From: Candidatus Shapirobacteria bacterium
GTDB taxonomy: Bacteria; Patescibacteriota; Microgenomatia; UBA12405
Length of the DNA: 64,000 nt
NCBI GenBank assembly: GCA_030698565.1
Contig: JAUYJS010000005.1
Coordinates: 90,497-154,496 of the forward strand
Reading direction: 5' to 3'
How positions within the stretch are numbered: the stretch's first letter is position 1; each line of letters begins with the position of its first letter. The notes beneath the pieces were generated by a model. That model searched no databases. It was given only the letters and a program-made list of their open reading frames with translations, and was not told where the DNA came from. This document shows positions 9,363 through 19,769 of this stretch, piece by piece. Made by a program: the position numbers and the translations under genes.

Positions 9363-10054
9363 GTTTTTTCTGAATAATTATGGGTTTTTTGAGGAGTGTC
9401 GTTGACAATTGTGCCATTTTTGAGCCATATAGTTCGATTATTTAATGACTCGATTACGTCTTGGTTATGAGTCGTCATTATAATTGTAGTCTTATATTTT
9501 TCGTTAATTTCTTTGAGGAGTCTGATTAGATTCCATGAGTTTTCCACATCAAGGTTGCCTGTGGGTTCATCGGCCAAAATGAGTCCGGGTTCTACGGCCA
9601 AAGCTCTGGCTAAAGAGGTGCGTTGAAGTTCTCCACCAGATAGTTGGGAGGGAAAAAGAAAACGGCGGTTAATAAGACCGACCCTTTTTAAGACGTCGTC
9701 TATTTTTGAGATTATTTTTGCTTGAGGGTAAGTGACAATATCGAGTGCTAGGGCGATATTTTCTTCAATAGTTTTGTCGGGTATTAGTTGAAAGTCTTGA
9801 AAAATTACGCCAATTTTTTGTCTGATTTTGTCTGTTTGGTTTTTTTTGGTATCAGTTAAATTAATATCATCAATTAATATTTCACCTGAACTAGCCTTTA
9901 CTTGATTAAGAATTAATTTTAGTAGGGTTGACTTCCCAGCTCCAGAAGGACCAACAATAAAGACAAACTCGCCATTTTTAACCGTAAAATTTATGCTTTT
10001 TAGAGCACTTATCGCACCAAAACTCTTGTTGACATTATTGAACGCTATTTTCAT
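9359..10054 (-). CDS. ftsE: Cell division ABC transporter ATP-binding protein FtsE
   Basis: Walker A GPSGAGKST, ABC signature LSGGELQR and Walker B ILADEPTGNLD are all present. Confidence 0.9.
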   Translation of the reverse strand: MKIAFNNVNKSFGAISALKSINFTVKNGEFVFIVGPSGAGKSTLLKLILNQVKASSGEILIDDINLTDTKKNQTDKIRQKIGVIFQDFQLIPDKTIEENIALALDIVTYPQAKIISKIDDVLKRVGLINRRFLFPSQLSGGELQRTSLARALAVEPGLILADEPTGNLDVENSWNLIRLLKEINEKYKTTIIMTTHNQDVIESLNNRTIWLKNGTIVNDTPQKTHNYSEKT

Positions 10055-10062
10055 CTTTATGT

Positions 10063-10542
10063 TTATTCGAGTCTTTTAATACTACCAATATCCATTAACC
10101 AGCCTGTTTTGGTGGAGGCATTAGTTTGACCTTTTACTTCTACTTTTAATCCAACAAATAAGTCTAAATCAACAGCTGAAGAGGTTAGTGATACTCTTTG
10201 ACTAATTCCGCCGTCTCGATTCAAAATATGTGTACCCTCGCCGTTTATATTACCTTTTTCGATTGTTCCCGAGGCAGTATCTTGAAATGCCTTGCTAGAG
10301 TCTCCGTATATTTTCCCAACTTGAACATCATCTTTGTTTTTTAAACTATCTGCAGAAGCTGCGGTGTTCTTTTCAGAATTAGTATTGGAAACAGGTGAGG
10401 TAGATTTTTGAGAAGGAAAATAGCGTGATAACCAAAAACCACTGGTTACAGCCAGGACAGCAATTATTAGAATAACAGGCAATAAAGATTTTTTTTGAGA
10501 AACTTGATTAATATTACTGGCAGATAGATTTGGTATATCCAT
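10063..10542 (-). CDS. Hypothetical membrane-anchored protein
   Basis: It has an N-terminal TM helix and an S/T-rich linker. There is no recognisable catalytic motif. Confidence 0.4.
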   Translation of the reverse strand: MDIPNLSASNINQVSQKKSLLPVILIIAVLAVTSGFWLSRYFPSQKSTSPVSNTNSEKNTAASADSLKNKDDVQVGKIYGDSSKAFQDTASGTIEKGNINGEGTHILNRDGGISQRVSLTSSAVDLDLFVGLKVEVKGQTNASTKTGWLMDIGSIKRLE

Positions 10543-10565
10543 ATTAAAAATTAAATTTTAATAAT

Positions 10566-11609
10566 TCAGTATAGCAAAAAGTTGCTTTGAAAAAACTGAT
10601 GAAAGTTTTTATATTCTTTGTCGGCAGGAATAAACACCCATTGCTTATTTATAAAATTTTCTGGATGATAAATTTGTCCTTCTTTTTCATTGCTTCCAAT
10701 AGTTAATTCAATTTTTGTCAGTGAAATATTTTTAATTTGTTTTTGAAGAATAATTCCGATACTTGTTAAATTTTTGTCGGTTAAGTTGGTGTTTATTTGG
10801 TTGTGCCAAAAATTATATAATTTAATTAAATTGGAATAGTCTATTATAAATTCTTTGGTTTTAATTTTTTTGATAATAGCGTCAATCAGTGATTGTTGTC
10901 GTTCAATACGACCAATATCAGTTCCACCACCAATAGCAGTTTCGGCACTTTTTCGAGACCGAACAAACTCGGTAATATTTGATTCAGATAGATGGTTCCA
11001 ACCAGCGTCAAAAGATATGGTTTTGTATATTGGCGCCTTGGGGTTGGTTATATATTCGGGATTGGGATATTTATTGTCCATAAATACTTTGTCTAAAAAG
11101 ACATCAACTCCGCCAATAATTTCGACAAAGTCAATTAAATTTTGAGTGGTAAAAATAATAGTTTTTTCGATTGGAATTCCAGTTAGGCGGGAGAAATTAG
11201 TTTGGAGGAAATCAAAAGGTTGCTTATTACTTAAAGATAGTGGATAGATGTTGTTAATTTTGGTATTGAGTTGATAATCCCAGAGATCTCTAGGGATAGA
11301 AGTAATTTTAATTTGACCATTATTTAGATTTAAAAAAGCGATCATAATAGTGTCAGTTGTTTCGGTCTTTTCTAGTCTATCGTCGCGTTTGTCTAGTCCT
11401 AATATTAGAAAATTAATTGATTTTTGATTTTTAAATTCATTATTTTTAAGGGTTTGGTATGGTGTATTTAGTAAATATGAAACTGGTTGATTAATCTTTT
11501 TGGACAAAAATATTAAAGCCGCAGTGACTATAATCATTACCAAAAGTATTGCTGAAGTAAGTAATATTGAAAATATTTTTAGAATTTTTTTGAAATTTAT
11601 AAGATTCAT
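10566..11609 (-). CDS. LytR-CpsA-Psr (LCP) family cell-envelope glycopolymer transferase
   Basis: N-terminal TM, then [44 protein letters not shown], the LCP core motif. Confidence 0.8.
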   Translation of the reverse strand: MNLINFKKILKIFSILLTSAILLVMIIVTAALIFLSKKINQPVSYLLNTPYQTLKNNEFKNQKSINFLILGLDKRDDRLEKTETTDTIMIAFLNLNNGQIKITSIPRDLWDYQLNTKINNIYPLSLSNKQPFDFLQTNFSRLTGIPIEKTIIFTTQNLIDFVEIIGGVDVFLDKVFMDNKYPNPEYITNPKAPIYKTISFDAGWNHLSESNITEFVRSRKSAETAIGGGTDIGRIERQQSLIDAIIKKIKTKEFIIDYSNLIKLYNFWHNQINTNLTDKNLTSIGIILQKQIKNISLTKIELTIGSNEKEGQIYHPENFINKQWVFIPADKEYKNFHQFFQSNFLLY

Positions 11610-12691
11610 ATTTTTAGTTCAGCCTCAATAAACGCATCTAAGTCCCCATCTAAAACACCATTTGTGTCTGATGTTTCATATCTGGTTCTTAAATCTTTGA
11701 CCATTTTATAGGGATGAAGTACATAAGATCGGATTTGGTGACCCCAGCCAGCAATCACATTTTCTCCTTTCACGTCTTTCTTCTCCTGGCTTTGTCTTTC
11801 TTCTTCGATTGCCCACAGCTTAGAGGAGAGCATTTGCATGGCTAACACTCTATTTTGTTCTTGAGATCTTTGGCTTTGACAGGAAACGGCGATGCCTGAA
11901 GGTTTATGAACGATTCTGACCGCAGTACTTACTTTGTTCACATTTTGACCGCCATGACCACCGGCCCTATATGCGGAAAATTCTATATCCGCTGGATTAA
12001 TTTTGACTTCAGTATCATTTTCAAAAAGCGGGGCAACTTCGACTTTGGCAAAAGATGTTTGACGAAGTTGGTCGGCATTAAAAGGCGAAAGTCGAACTAA
12101 TCTGTGAGTACCAGTTTCGCCACGAAGATAGCCATAAGCATATCGATGATTCACTTTAAAATATACAGATTTAATACCAGCTTCTTCACCTGGAACAAAA
12201 TCTAAAACTTCAAATTTCCAACCTTTTTTTTCAAAATATTTCATGTACATGCGGTGCAACATTGAAGCCCAATCCATGGCTTCGGTACCACCTTGGCCAG
12301 AGTGGACAGATAAAATAGCTGAATACGAATCATATTTACCTGAAAGGTAGGTTTTTAATTCAATTTCAGCTATTCTTTTTTCTATTTGATCAACATCATT
12401 TTCCAACTCTGTTGACATGGATTCTTCCGGATCATTTTTGAGAAGCTGAAACATTTCGACAGCGTTGGATATTTCTGTTTCGATTGATTCAATTTCTTGT
12501 GTAAGTTTTTGAAGTTCAGAAACCTTTTGGAGAAGATCTTGGGCTTGAGTGGGATTTTGCCATAAATCAGTTTTTTCTGATTCTAGTTTTAGAGTATTAT
12601 ATTCAGATTTAACTTGATCGTAATTTAATTTACTTTTTAATTGTTCAAATTTAGTTTTTATTTCGTTAATTCGATCCATTTTTGTTTTCAA
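11606..12691 (-). CDS. prfB: Peptide chain release factor 2
   Basis: SPF tripeptide (RLSPFNADQ), GGQ motif ([13 protein letters not shown]) and the N-terminal coiled coil are present. The ORF is contiguous over 361 aa, so no programmed +1 frameshift. Confidence 0.9.
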   Translation of the reverse strand: MKTKMDRINEIKTKFEQLKSKLNYDQVKSEYNTLKLESEKTDLWQNPTQAQDLLQKVSELQKLTQEIESIETEISNAVEMFQLLKNDPEESMSTELENDVDQIEKRIAEIELKTYLSGKYDSYSAILSVHSGQGGTEAMDWASMLHRMYMKYFEKKGWKFEVLDFVPGEEAGIKSVYFKVNHRYAYGYLRGETGTHRLVRLSPFNADQLRQTSFAKVEVAPLFENDTEVKINPADIEFSAYRAGGHGGQNVNKVSTAVRIVHKPSGIAVSCQSQRSQEQNRVLAMQMLSSKLWAIEEERQSQEKKDVKGENVIAGWGHQIRSYVLHPYKMVKDLRTRYETSDTNGVLDGDLDAFIEAELKI

Positions 12692-13079
12692 TATTTTTAA
12701 TCAGGTTGTCGTATATATTTTTGACAATCATTTTTTCGATATCGATTATTTGTTTTTGGGGAAAACCATTGGTTTGACCTTTTAGATATGTTATTTGGTT
12801 TTGTAGGTTTATTATAACTGAATTTTGGTTTAAAGTTTCCAGTGTTTGCCGACTTTTCGGTGGTATTAAATTATAAAGTGAATAAAAGGTGTTTTGGAAA
12901 TAATCGGGTATTTGAACATCAACGGTCTCATCAAAAGAGAGTGTAGAGTCGGACATTGATTTGGTTTGGGGTTTTGAGAAATATGAAATTAAGAAATAAA
13001 AAAAAACAAAAAATAAAATCAACCTCAAAAATGTCTGAAAGGTGAATTTGAAATTATCTTTTTTCTTTTTATGGAGCAC
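12666..13079 (-). CDS. Hypothetical membrane protein
   Basis: 137 aa with one TM helix. It overlaps the prfB start. No motif is recognised. Confidence 0.35.
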   Translation of the reverse strand: MLHKKKKDNFKFTFQTFLRLILFFVFFYFLISYFSKPQTKSMSDSTLSFDETVDVQIPDYFQNTFYSLYNLIPPKSRQTLETLNQNSVIINLQNQITYLKGQTNGFPQKQIIDIEKMIVKNIYDNLIKNIENKNGSN

Positions 13080-13097
13080 TATTTATTCTAACATCAA

Positions 13098-13487
13098 CTA
13101 TCTTTTAGTTATTTGTTGTTGAATGTAGTCGATTATAGGTGTGTCGCCAGAAATACAGGTATTGTCGATGTTGGAAAACGCTAGCGGCACCCCGCCTTTT
13201 TCATCGGCAGTTAAGGTGGTACATTTTTTTGTTATTTCGGTAAAATCCATCTGGTTTTGTTTATTGTAGAACACCTCTTTTTGTTTTATGGCTAATTTAG
13301 AATCAATTTTATTGTCGATTATGTATTTTTTAACCTTTTCACAATGAACACAGCCGTTGCCCCAAAAAAGAATAATATCTGCTTTGTCGTCGGCCAAACT
13401 GCTATTGATGTTTGGTTTATAGGAAACTAATTTATAGACTGCAAATACGACCAAGGCAATAATAAAGGCATAAATTATTTTTTTCAT
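13098..13487 (-). CDS. Membrane-anchored thioredoxin-fold (glutaredoxin/NrdH-like) CxxC protein
   Basis: N-terminal TM plus WGNGCVHCEKVKKY, a CxxC redox motif. Confidence 0.55.
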   Translation of the reverse strand: MKKIIYAFIIALVVFAVYKLVSYKPNINSSLADDKADIILFWGNGCVHCEKVKKYIIDNKIDSKLAIKQKEVFYNKQNQMDFTEITKKCTTLTADEKGGVPLAFSNIDNTCISGDTPIIDYIQQQITKR

Positions 13488-13488
13488 T

Positions 13489-14118
13489 TTATTTTTGGAT
13501 AATTTTAATTATTTTATCATAGATAATTATCTTTTGAACGTTGTCGAAGCCAGAAATTACCTCGCCAAAATTCACATAATCCCCCGTGAGTTGACTACAG
13601 GCTTCTGTAGTAAGACAGATAAAAAATTGACTATCATTGGATATGTCTTTATTGGCTGGGGTTCGAGCTAATCCAAGAGAACCTTTTTGAAATGGAATTG
13701 AATTTAATTCAGATTTAATGGAGCCACCGCCAGTACCAGTACCCAACGGATCACCACCTTGAACTACAAAACCGGGTTCGACTCGGTGAAAAGTTAAATT
13801 ATTATAAAAACCACTATTGGCTTTATTGATAAAATTAGCCACAGTATTGGGAGTTTCATTTTGATACAGTTTTATCAAAATATCGCCATATTTAGTTGTT
13901 AAATTAACAAGAGTATCTTTGTTTGGTTGGAGTGTGGGTGTGGTATTTATATTCAAAGTTGGATCGGGAATAATTGTGGGTGTAATTTGTTTGGTTGCTT
14001 GATTGCTAACTATATTAATATTTGTATCAGAGTTTTTGGGTGAACCGCAAGCGCTTAAAACAAAAGATGACAAAACTAATATAGAAATAAATAGGGCTGT
14101 TTTTTTAAATTTATTCAT
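13489..14118 (-). CDS. Cyclophilin-type peptidyl-prolyl cis-trans isomerase (lipoprotein)
   Basis: Lipobox LSACGS, then FHRVEPGFVVQGGDPLGTGTGG, the cyclophilin signature. Confidence 0.85.
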   Translation of the reverse strand: MNKFKKTALFISILVLSSFVLSACGSPKNSDTNINIVSNQATKQITPTIIPDPTLNINTTPTLQPNKDTLVNLTTKYGDILIKLYQNETPNTVANFINKANSGFYNNLTFHRVEPGFVVQGGDPLGTGTGGGSIKSELNSIPFQKGSLGLARTPANKDISNDSQFFICLTTEACSQLTGDYVNFGEVISGFDNVQKIIIYDKIIKIIQK

Positions 14119-14121
14119 TTT

Positions 14122-14883
14122 TTATTTTAGCAGAACCAACATATTTCTTGGTCCGGAATCAATATCTTCTTTAATATCACTTTTAGGGAAATCATGATTA
14201 CTTTCTAATAAAAGATTATAGGAATATTTAAAATAGGCACCAAATTGAGTGCCAACATCATGAACAATGAATTTCTGGATATTATCGTTATAACCCAAGA
14301 TGACAACGCTGTGATAATAAGGGCCGCCTGATTTAAAGTAACGATTTTCTTTATATAAAGTTTTCCCGTTTGCCGGAACAATAACTGGAATATTTTGAGA
14401 AATATATTTTTTAATTTCTTCAATTGTTGGATTAGTAACTATGTTGGTTTTATAATTTAAATAGTTGGAAGATAAAATGGCCATTTGAGTAGTATTAATA
14501 TCTTTGGCCCATCCCTGACTTTTTTCAAAATCTATCATTTTCAAAATATCGGTTTTGGTTTGGTCTAATGATGGCTGTTGATTTTTATAGTAATAATCTA
14601 CAGTTAAAAGTGCAGCTTCTTCGCAGGAATCTTGCCAAGGTTGATCCCAGTTTTTCTCGGGTGCTTGGGGAACAAAAACGGTGGAAATTAAATGTTTGTT
14701 GGGTAAACCATCGGGTAAGATTTTTGTAGGTTGAGGTAATAATATTTCTCCAATTTCTTCTGTTTTCTGAGTTAAATAAAATGTTTTGTTGTTTATTTTT
14801 TCTTGATTTTTTTTATTGAAAATAAAGAAAGTAAATATTAATAGAAAAATAAAACCAAAAAGATAAAATATTTTTTTGACCAT
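14122..14883 (-). CDS. Secreted papain-like (C39_2-like) peptidase domain protein
   Basis: Signal peptide plus QAPEKNWDQPWQDSCEEAALLTVDYYY (Q...C motif) and a downstream YYHSVVILGYND His. Confidence 0.5.
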   Translation of the reverse strand: MVKKIFYLFGFIFLLIFTFFIFNKKNQEKINNKTFYLTQKTEEIGEILLPQPTKILPDGLPNKHLISTVFVPQAPEKNWDQPWQDSCEEAALLTVDYYYKNQQPSLDQTKTDILKMIDFEKSQGWAKDINTTQMAILSSNYLNYKTNIVTNPTIEEIKKYISQNIPVIVPANGKTLYKENRYFKSGGPYYHSVVILGYNDNIQKFIVHDVGTQFGAYFKYSYNLLLESNHDFPKSDIKEDIDSGPRNMLVLLK

Positions 14884-14897
14884 TTAAATAGTTTACT

Positions 14898-15722
14898 TTA
14901 TTTAAATCTCTTGAGTTTGACTGTGGGAACTCTAAATTTACGATTTTCCCGATAATGCATTAATCCATAGATGCCTAATCGAATGCCTTCGGGTACAAAA
15001 AAGAAGGCAAGCCTTATTACTGCTTTTATGTCCCACTTGTCGCTCATGGCTCTGGTTTGGCCGGTAAGAATCGCCTCTTTTAGATCTTTGGCAGTTTTCC
15101 CTTCAAACATGGTGTAACCCTTGCCAATTCCTTTTAGAATATGGGCATCACTAGCACCTATTTCGGATTTAAAAAGAAGAGTGTGATTGATAAATTGAGC
15201 CATGTTGTTTTCCTTGACCATCATTACAGGAGTGCCGTTAATAACCTCGATTCCATGATAAAGATCTTTTTCTTTTATGGTGGCAATAATACCGACACCA
15301 CCCATGGTATTTTTGTTTTTGTCCAACATTTTTGTCTGATAAAAAGGGTGGGCAAGAATGGCAATTCCGCCTTGTTTTTTTATATTGAGAAGTGTGTCGT
15401 GGGCTGAAAGCCCAGGTGAGATTCTTTTTTTAATAAAAAGAGCAACGATATGACCTTCGATACTAGAAACCTCTTCTCCAATAATTATTTCAAATCTAAA
15501 TTTTCTTTTCTTGGCTATTTTTCGGGCTTTAAGTGCGCCTTTAATTGTGTCGTGATCAGTAATGGCTATAATATCTAATTCTGTTTTATTTTCTACATAA
15601 TCAAGAATTTTCTCTATTGATGGTTGGCCATCGGAAAAATTGCTGTGCATGTGTACATCGGCCTTGCCGAGTTTCTTGATATTCTCGTCGATTATCGTTT
15701 CCATCAGATTCTTATTATACAT
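14898..15722 (-). CDS. PHP-domain metal-dependent phosphoesterase
   Basis: KADVHMHSNFSDGQPS and IIAITDHD are PHP-family motifs. Confidence 0.75.
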   Translation of the reverse strand: MYNKNLMETIIDENIKKLGKADVHMHSNFSDGQPSIEKILDYVENKTELDIIAITDHDTIKGALKARKIAKKRKFRFEIIIGEEVSSIEGHIVALFIKKRISPGLSAHDTLLNIKKQGGIAILAHPFYQTKMLDKNKNTMGGVGIIATIKEKDLYHGIEVINGTPVMMVKENNMAQFINHTLLFKSEIGASDAHILKGIGKGYTMFEGKTAKDLKEAILTGQTRAMSDKWDIKAVIRLAFFFVPEGIRLGIYGLMHYRENRKFRVPTVKLKRFK

Positions 15723-15777
15723 TTAAATGTAAATTCATTGTAATTGTAATAATTACATCTTGTAGTACAATATACGG

Positions 15778-17625
15778 ATGCAAAAATACCAAGATATCCG
15801 AAATATAGCCGTAATCGCCCATGTTGATCATGGCAAAACTACCTTGGTTGATGCTTTATTGAAACAAACACACACTTTTAGGGAAAATCAGGAAGAAATG
15901 AATATTGACCGGATTATGGACAGTAATGATTTGGAAAGAGAAAAAGGTATAACTATTTTGTCAAAGAATACTTCGGTAATGTACAAGAATACAAAAATTA
16001 ATATTATCGATACTCCAGGGCATGCTGATTTTGGTGGAGAAGTAGAAAGAGTCTTGAATATGGCTGACGGTGCTTTGTTGATTGTCGATGCGGCTGAAGG
16101 TCCTTTGTCACAAACAAAATTTGTTTTAAAAAGAGCTTTGGATTATGGTTTGAAAGTAATTTTGGTTGTCAATAAAATTGATAGAAAAGATGCGAGAACT
16201 AAAGAAGTAATAATGGATACTGAAAATTTGTTTTTATCTTTGGCTGATGATCCGGAACTTTTAGATTTCCCAATTATTTATGCTATTGGTCGTGAAGGAA
16301 AGACTTTTTATAAAATGCCTGATTCTTTGGAAGAAATAGGCGATACTTCTCCCCTTTTTGAAACTATTTTAAAAGCTATTCCTTCGGCTGTTAAAAATGA
16401 AGATAAGCCATTCCAAATGTTAGTTTCTTCTTTTGAAAAGAACGAATACTTGGGTAGATTATCAGTAGGTAGAATCAATCAAGGAAAAATCAATAAAAAT
16501 GACACTATTTCTTTGGTAAGGCCGAGCAATGAAGTAATTGGAAATTTTAAAATTGAAAAAATGTATGTCAACGAAGGTATCAGTAAAGTGGAAACTGATA
16601 GCGCTGGCAGTGGTGAAGTTGTTTATTTGGCTGGAATTTCGGCAATAGAAATTGGACAAACACTAACCAGTACTGATTCTCAAGTAGCATTGCCAAATAT
16701 TGAAGTAAGTGAGCCAACATTAAAAGCTAGTTTTGGACCAAATACTTCTATTTATGCTCGAGATGAGTCAAAATATTTAACTAGCCGGGAATTGAAAGAA
16801 AGACTTTTCCAAGAAGCTGAGACTAACTTGGGATTGAAAGTTGAAGATGATCCTGAAGATAGTATTCGTGTTTTGGTTTCAGGCCGAGGTGAATTACATT
16901 TGGCTATTTTGATTGAAAAATTACGTCGCGAAGGTTATGCCATGGAAGTGGGGAAACCTGAAGTAATTTTGAAAACTATTGATGGAAAAGTTTGTGAACC
17001 ATTCAACGAACTAATTATTTTGTCTCCCGAAGAATATATGGGAACAATTACATCTGAATTAGGTAAAAGAAAAGCAGAAATGCAAGATATGCAAACAGAT
17101 GGAAAAGGCGGAATAAAGATGACTTACAAAATAAGCGAAAGAAATGCTTTGGGTTTGAGAAGTGTGTTAATGACAGAAACAAAGGGAACCATATCTTTAA
17201 ATTTCTTATTTTTGGGATATGAATTAAAACAACCAGAAACTAATAAGACCAGAAATGGTGTATTGATTGCTTCGGAATCAGGTAAAGCATTGTCGTTCGG
17301 ATTGGATTTAGCTCAAAAAAGAGGTATTACTTTCATCGAACCAACCGCTGGTGTTTACGAAGGACAAATTGTGGGTTTTAGACCAATGATTGGGGATTTG
17401 GAAATTAATATTTGTAAAGGAAAGCAACTAACAAATATGAGATCTTCGGGTAACGATGATTCGATTATGTTGGCGCCGCCAGTCAAATACAGTATTGAAG
17501 AGTCTTTGGATTTTATAAACAGTGATGAGTTAATCGACGTAACCCCAAAACAGATTAGATTAAGAAAGAAACAATTAAGCAAGGTCGACAGAATCAGATC
17601 CGAAAGAAAACAAAAAGTAAGCTAA
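15778..17625 (+). CDS. typA: Translational GTPase TypA/BipA
   Basis: AHVDHGKTTLVD, DTPGHADFGGEVER and NKID are present. At 615 aa it is co-linear with BipA. Confidence 0.9.
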   Translation: MQKYQDIRNIAVIAHVDHGKTTLVDALLKQTHTFRENQEEMNIDRIMDSNDLEREKGITILSKNTSVMYKNTKINIIDTPGHADFGGEVERVLNMADGALLIVDAAEGPLSQTKFVLKRALDYGLKVILVVNKIDRKDARTKEVIMDTENLFLSLADDPELLDFPIIYAIGREGKTFYKMPDSLEEIGDTSPLFETILKAIPSAVKNEDKPFQMLVSSFEKNEYLGRLSVGRINQGKINKNDTISLVRPSNEVIGNFKIEKMYVNEGISKVETDSAGSGEVVYLAGISAIEIGQTLTSTDSQVALPNIEVSEPTLKASFGPNTSIYARDESKYLTSRELKERLFQEAETNLGLKVEDDPEDSIRVLVSGRGELHLAILIEKLRREGYAMEVGKPEVILKTIDGKVCEPFNELIILSPEEYMGTITSELGKRKAEMQDMQTDGKGGIKMTYKISERNALGLRSVLMTETKGTISLNFLFLGYELKQPETNKTRNGVLIASESGKALSFGLDLAQKRGITFIEPTAGVYEGQIVGFRPMIGDLEINICKGKQLTNMRSSGNDDSIMLAPPVKYSIEESLDFINSDELIDVTPKQIRLRKKQLSKVDRIRSERKQKVS

Positions 17626-17632
17626 TTTTATT

Positions 17633-17929
17633 TTAGGGTTTTTGTGTGGGAATTATTTGCTCCCAATTAATTTGTGATGTGAGGTTTTGCACCCAAGTAT
17701 TTAAAGAATTGGTAAAATTGATTTGAGATAGAAAATATATAATTGCTGCCGCAACTACGACTGTACCAAAAAGGGAACCGAGAGAATGAAAAATTCCGGC
17801 AATAAAGTTGTAAAACGCAAATTTCCAAGGATTAGCAGTATAGACCATAAAATTACCTTTGGCACCAATCATGTCAATTCTTTTGTTGAGCTTTTTTAAT
17901 TCAAGAACTACTTTTTGGCTGGATTTCAT
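17633..17929 (-). CDS. Hypothetical small membrane protein
   Basis: 98 aa with two predicted TM helices. It overlaps the HIT gene by 4 nt. Confidence 0.35.
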   Translation of the reverse strand: MKSSQKVVLELKKLNKRIDMIGAKGNFMVYTANPWKFAFYNFIAGIFHSLGSLFGTVVVAAAIIYFLSQINFTNSLNTWVQNLTSQINWEQIIPTQKP

Positions 17930-18330
17930 TTATTTAAAAAATTAATAATTTTTTGGCTAATTTCGGTCATTTCATGTGGAGTATATTTTTCGTGATGAGA
18001 AAGATCTAATCCATTTTGATGAATATTGTTTAAAAATCTAGGGATGATGCGAATATGGGCATGGGGGACTTCGTAGCCAATAGTTAAAAAGGAAACGGAA
18101 TCGGCATTAAGGGCTTTTATTGAAGCTTCGGCTATTTTCTTGGAAGCTTCCCAGTAAAGACCAAATTCGGGAACATCATAGACCCAACGATAATGAATTT
18201 TTGGAATTAACAAAGAATTGCCCATACTTAGGGGATTAATATCTAAAAATCCAATAAAATTATCGTCTTCGTAAATTTGATATTTGGGTATTTTACCTGC
18301 GACTATTTTGCAAAATATACAATCGTCCAT
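17926..18330 (-). CDS. HIT-family (histidine triad) nucleotide hydrolase/transferase
   Basis: The N-terminal CIFCKIVAGKIP is a HIT zinc-ribbon-like start. It also carries a VPHAHIRIIPR histidine motif. Confidence 0.75.
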   Translation of the reverse strand: MDDCIFCKIVAGKIPKYQIYEDDNFIGFLDINPLSMGNSLLIPKIHYRWVYDVPEFGLYWEASKKIAEASIKALNADSVSFLTIGYEVPHAHIRIIPRFLNNIHQNGLDLSHHEKYTPHEMTEISQKIINFLNK

Positions 18331-18350
18331 ATTTTTAAATTAAATATTAC

Positions 18351-19370
18351 TTAAATTTTACCAAGTTCTGGATAAATCGTAGCAATTGTTTTGAGTAAAT
18401 ATTTTTTTGCTTCATCAAGTGGCTTGCTTATAAGGGCACCGGCGGCTGCTTTGTGACCACCACCTGTTCCAAGGGCTTGGGCTATTTTGGAGACATCATA
18501 GACGTCTGGTTTACGAGTTCTAAAACTAACTTTAACTTTTTCTGGTTGATATTCAATTAAACTAATACCGATATCCCAACCGACGACGGATTTTAACATA
18601 TTGGCAACATTGAGACTTTCGGATGCCTGTAAATTCAAATGGCTATCTTGGAGGATTTTTTGAGACACGGAGGCGATAGCGACTTGATCTTTAAAATAAT
18701 TTTCTATGGAACTTAAATATAGAGCCAACATTTTGAGTTTGTCGGGCGATTCGTTATTTTCAATTTCAAAAATGGTTTTTGGGAAATTGTCGTTGATTTT
18801 TGCGAGTTCGGCACAAATTTCAAATGTTTTACTGGTAGTACGGGGATATTTGAAACCGCCACTATCGGTGTACATACCCGTAAATAGACATAAAGCCATG
18901 TTTTCGTCGATTTTAATATTCCCCTGTTTATAAACCTCGTAAAGAATTTGGCAGGTGGCTGGAGAGTCTTTGTCGACTAAATTAATTTGAGCAAAGTTTA
19001 GATTGGTGTCGTGGTGGTCAATAATTATTGTTTTTAAATTTGAGGGAAATTTAATTTCACCCAAATTGGATATTAGATTTGGAGCGCTGGCATCTAAGAT
19101 TAAAAATAAATCAAATTTTTTGAGATCGATTTGAAATAAATTTTTATTTAAAATTTTGTCGGTGCCGGGTAAAGATAAGAGATTGGGAGGTAAACTAGAA
19201 TCACCGGAAATTAAGGTAACATTTTTTTTGAGATGTTTGAGAGCAAACATAAAAGACAAGGCACTACCGACGCTGTCACCATCGGGCCCTGGATGGAGAT
19301 GAAGAAGAATATTTTTGGAATTATGGATAATATCCCAAATTTTGATTATTTTTTGTGTATTGGTTTTCAT
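18351..19370 (-). CDS. nrnA: DHH/DHHA1 phosphoesterase (NrnA-like nanoRNase/pAp phosphatase)
   Basis: HLHPGPDGDSVGSALS, IIDHHD and C-terminal GGGHKAAAG are present. Confidence 0.8.
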   Translation of the reverse strand: MKTNTQKIIKIWDIIHNSKNILLHLHPGPDGDSVGSALSFMFALKHLKKNVTLISGDSSLPPNLLSLPGTDKILNKNLFQIDLKKFDLFLILDASAPNLISNLGEIKFPSNLKTIIIDHHDTNLNFAQINLVDKDSPATCQILYEVYKQGNIKIDENMALCLFTGMYTDSGGFKYPRTTSKTFEICAELAKINDNFPKTIFEIENNESPDKLKMLALYLSSIENYFKDQVAIASVSQKILQDSHLNLQASESLNVANMLKSVVGWDIGISLIEYQPEKVKVSFRTRKPDVYDVSKIAQALGTGGGHKAAAGALISKPLDEAKKYLLKTIATIYPELGKI

Positions 19371-19380
19371 TAATTTATTT

Positions 19381-19434
19381 TACCCGAACTTGGGATAACA
19401 ACATTTTTTTGAAATGACACAGGAAATGTAGACT
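19381..19434 (-). pseudogene. Startless fragment encoding ...KKCCYPKFG*, a copy of the SEC-C zinc-finger tail of secA
   Basis: On the minus strand, 19381-19412 aligns 25/32 nt with the real secA 3' end at 21059-21090, including a perfect 15-nt core TTGGGATAACAACA. In frame it reads TVYISCVISKKCCYPKFG-stop, preceded by an in-frame stop and no ATG. Confidence 0.45.
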
Positions 19435-19465
19435 GTTTAGATTTATCATTTCAAAAAGTTTTTTA

Positions 19466-19750
19466 TTAGAAATTATTATTATCTTTAATTTTGTTTAATA
19501 TTGATAAGGTGGCTTTTATGGAGGAATTATCTATGTTGCGTAGTTGAATCCGTTTACTAAATTGTTTACTAAGTGGAGTTAAAAATTCATCAGCCCATGA
19601 TGGAGTTAAAACTATAACACCTTCAAAGTCGATAATAACTTCTTCATTTTTATTAATTTGATTAAGCATTGGTCTGAAAGCTAATAAAGCCTCTTTTCCA
19701 GAAGGTCTTGATACTAAAGTAGTTCCAAATTTTTTAAGTTGTATAATCAT
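19466..19750 (-). CDS. Hypothetical protein, possibly DUF4325/STAS-like
   Basis: 94 aa starting MIIQLKKFGTTLVSRPSGKEALLAFRPML...IIDFEGVIVLTPSWADEF. The resemblance is weak and from memory. Confidence 0.35.
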   Translation of the reverse strand: MIIQLKKFGTTLVSRPSGKEALLAFRPMLNQINKNEEVIIDFEGVIVLTPSWADEFLTPLSKQFSKRIQLRNIDNSSIKATLSILNKIKDNNNF

Positions 19751-19769
19751 TGTGTTTTTTCAATTTTTA

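Noticed and set aside
11606-12691. Programmed +1 frameshift in prfB or an alternative genetic code
   Set aside because: The RF2 ORF is uninterrupted from Met to stop, with no in-frame UGA near codon 25. TGA is used as a stop by several genes in the window.
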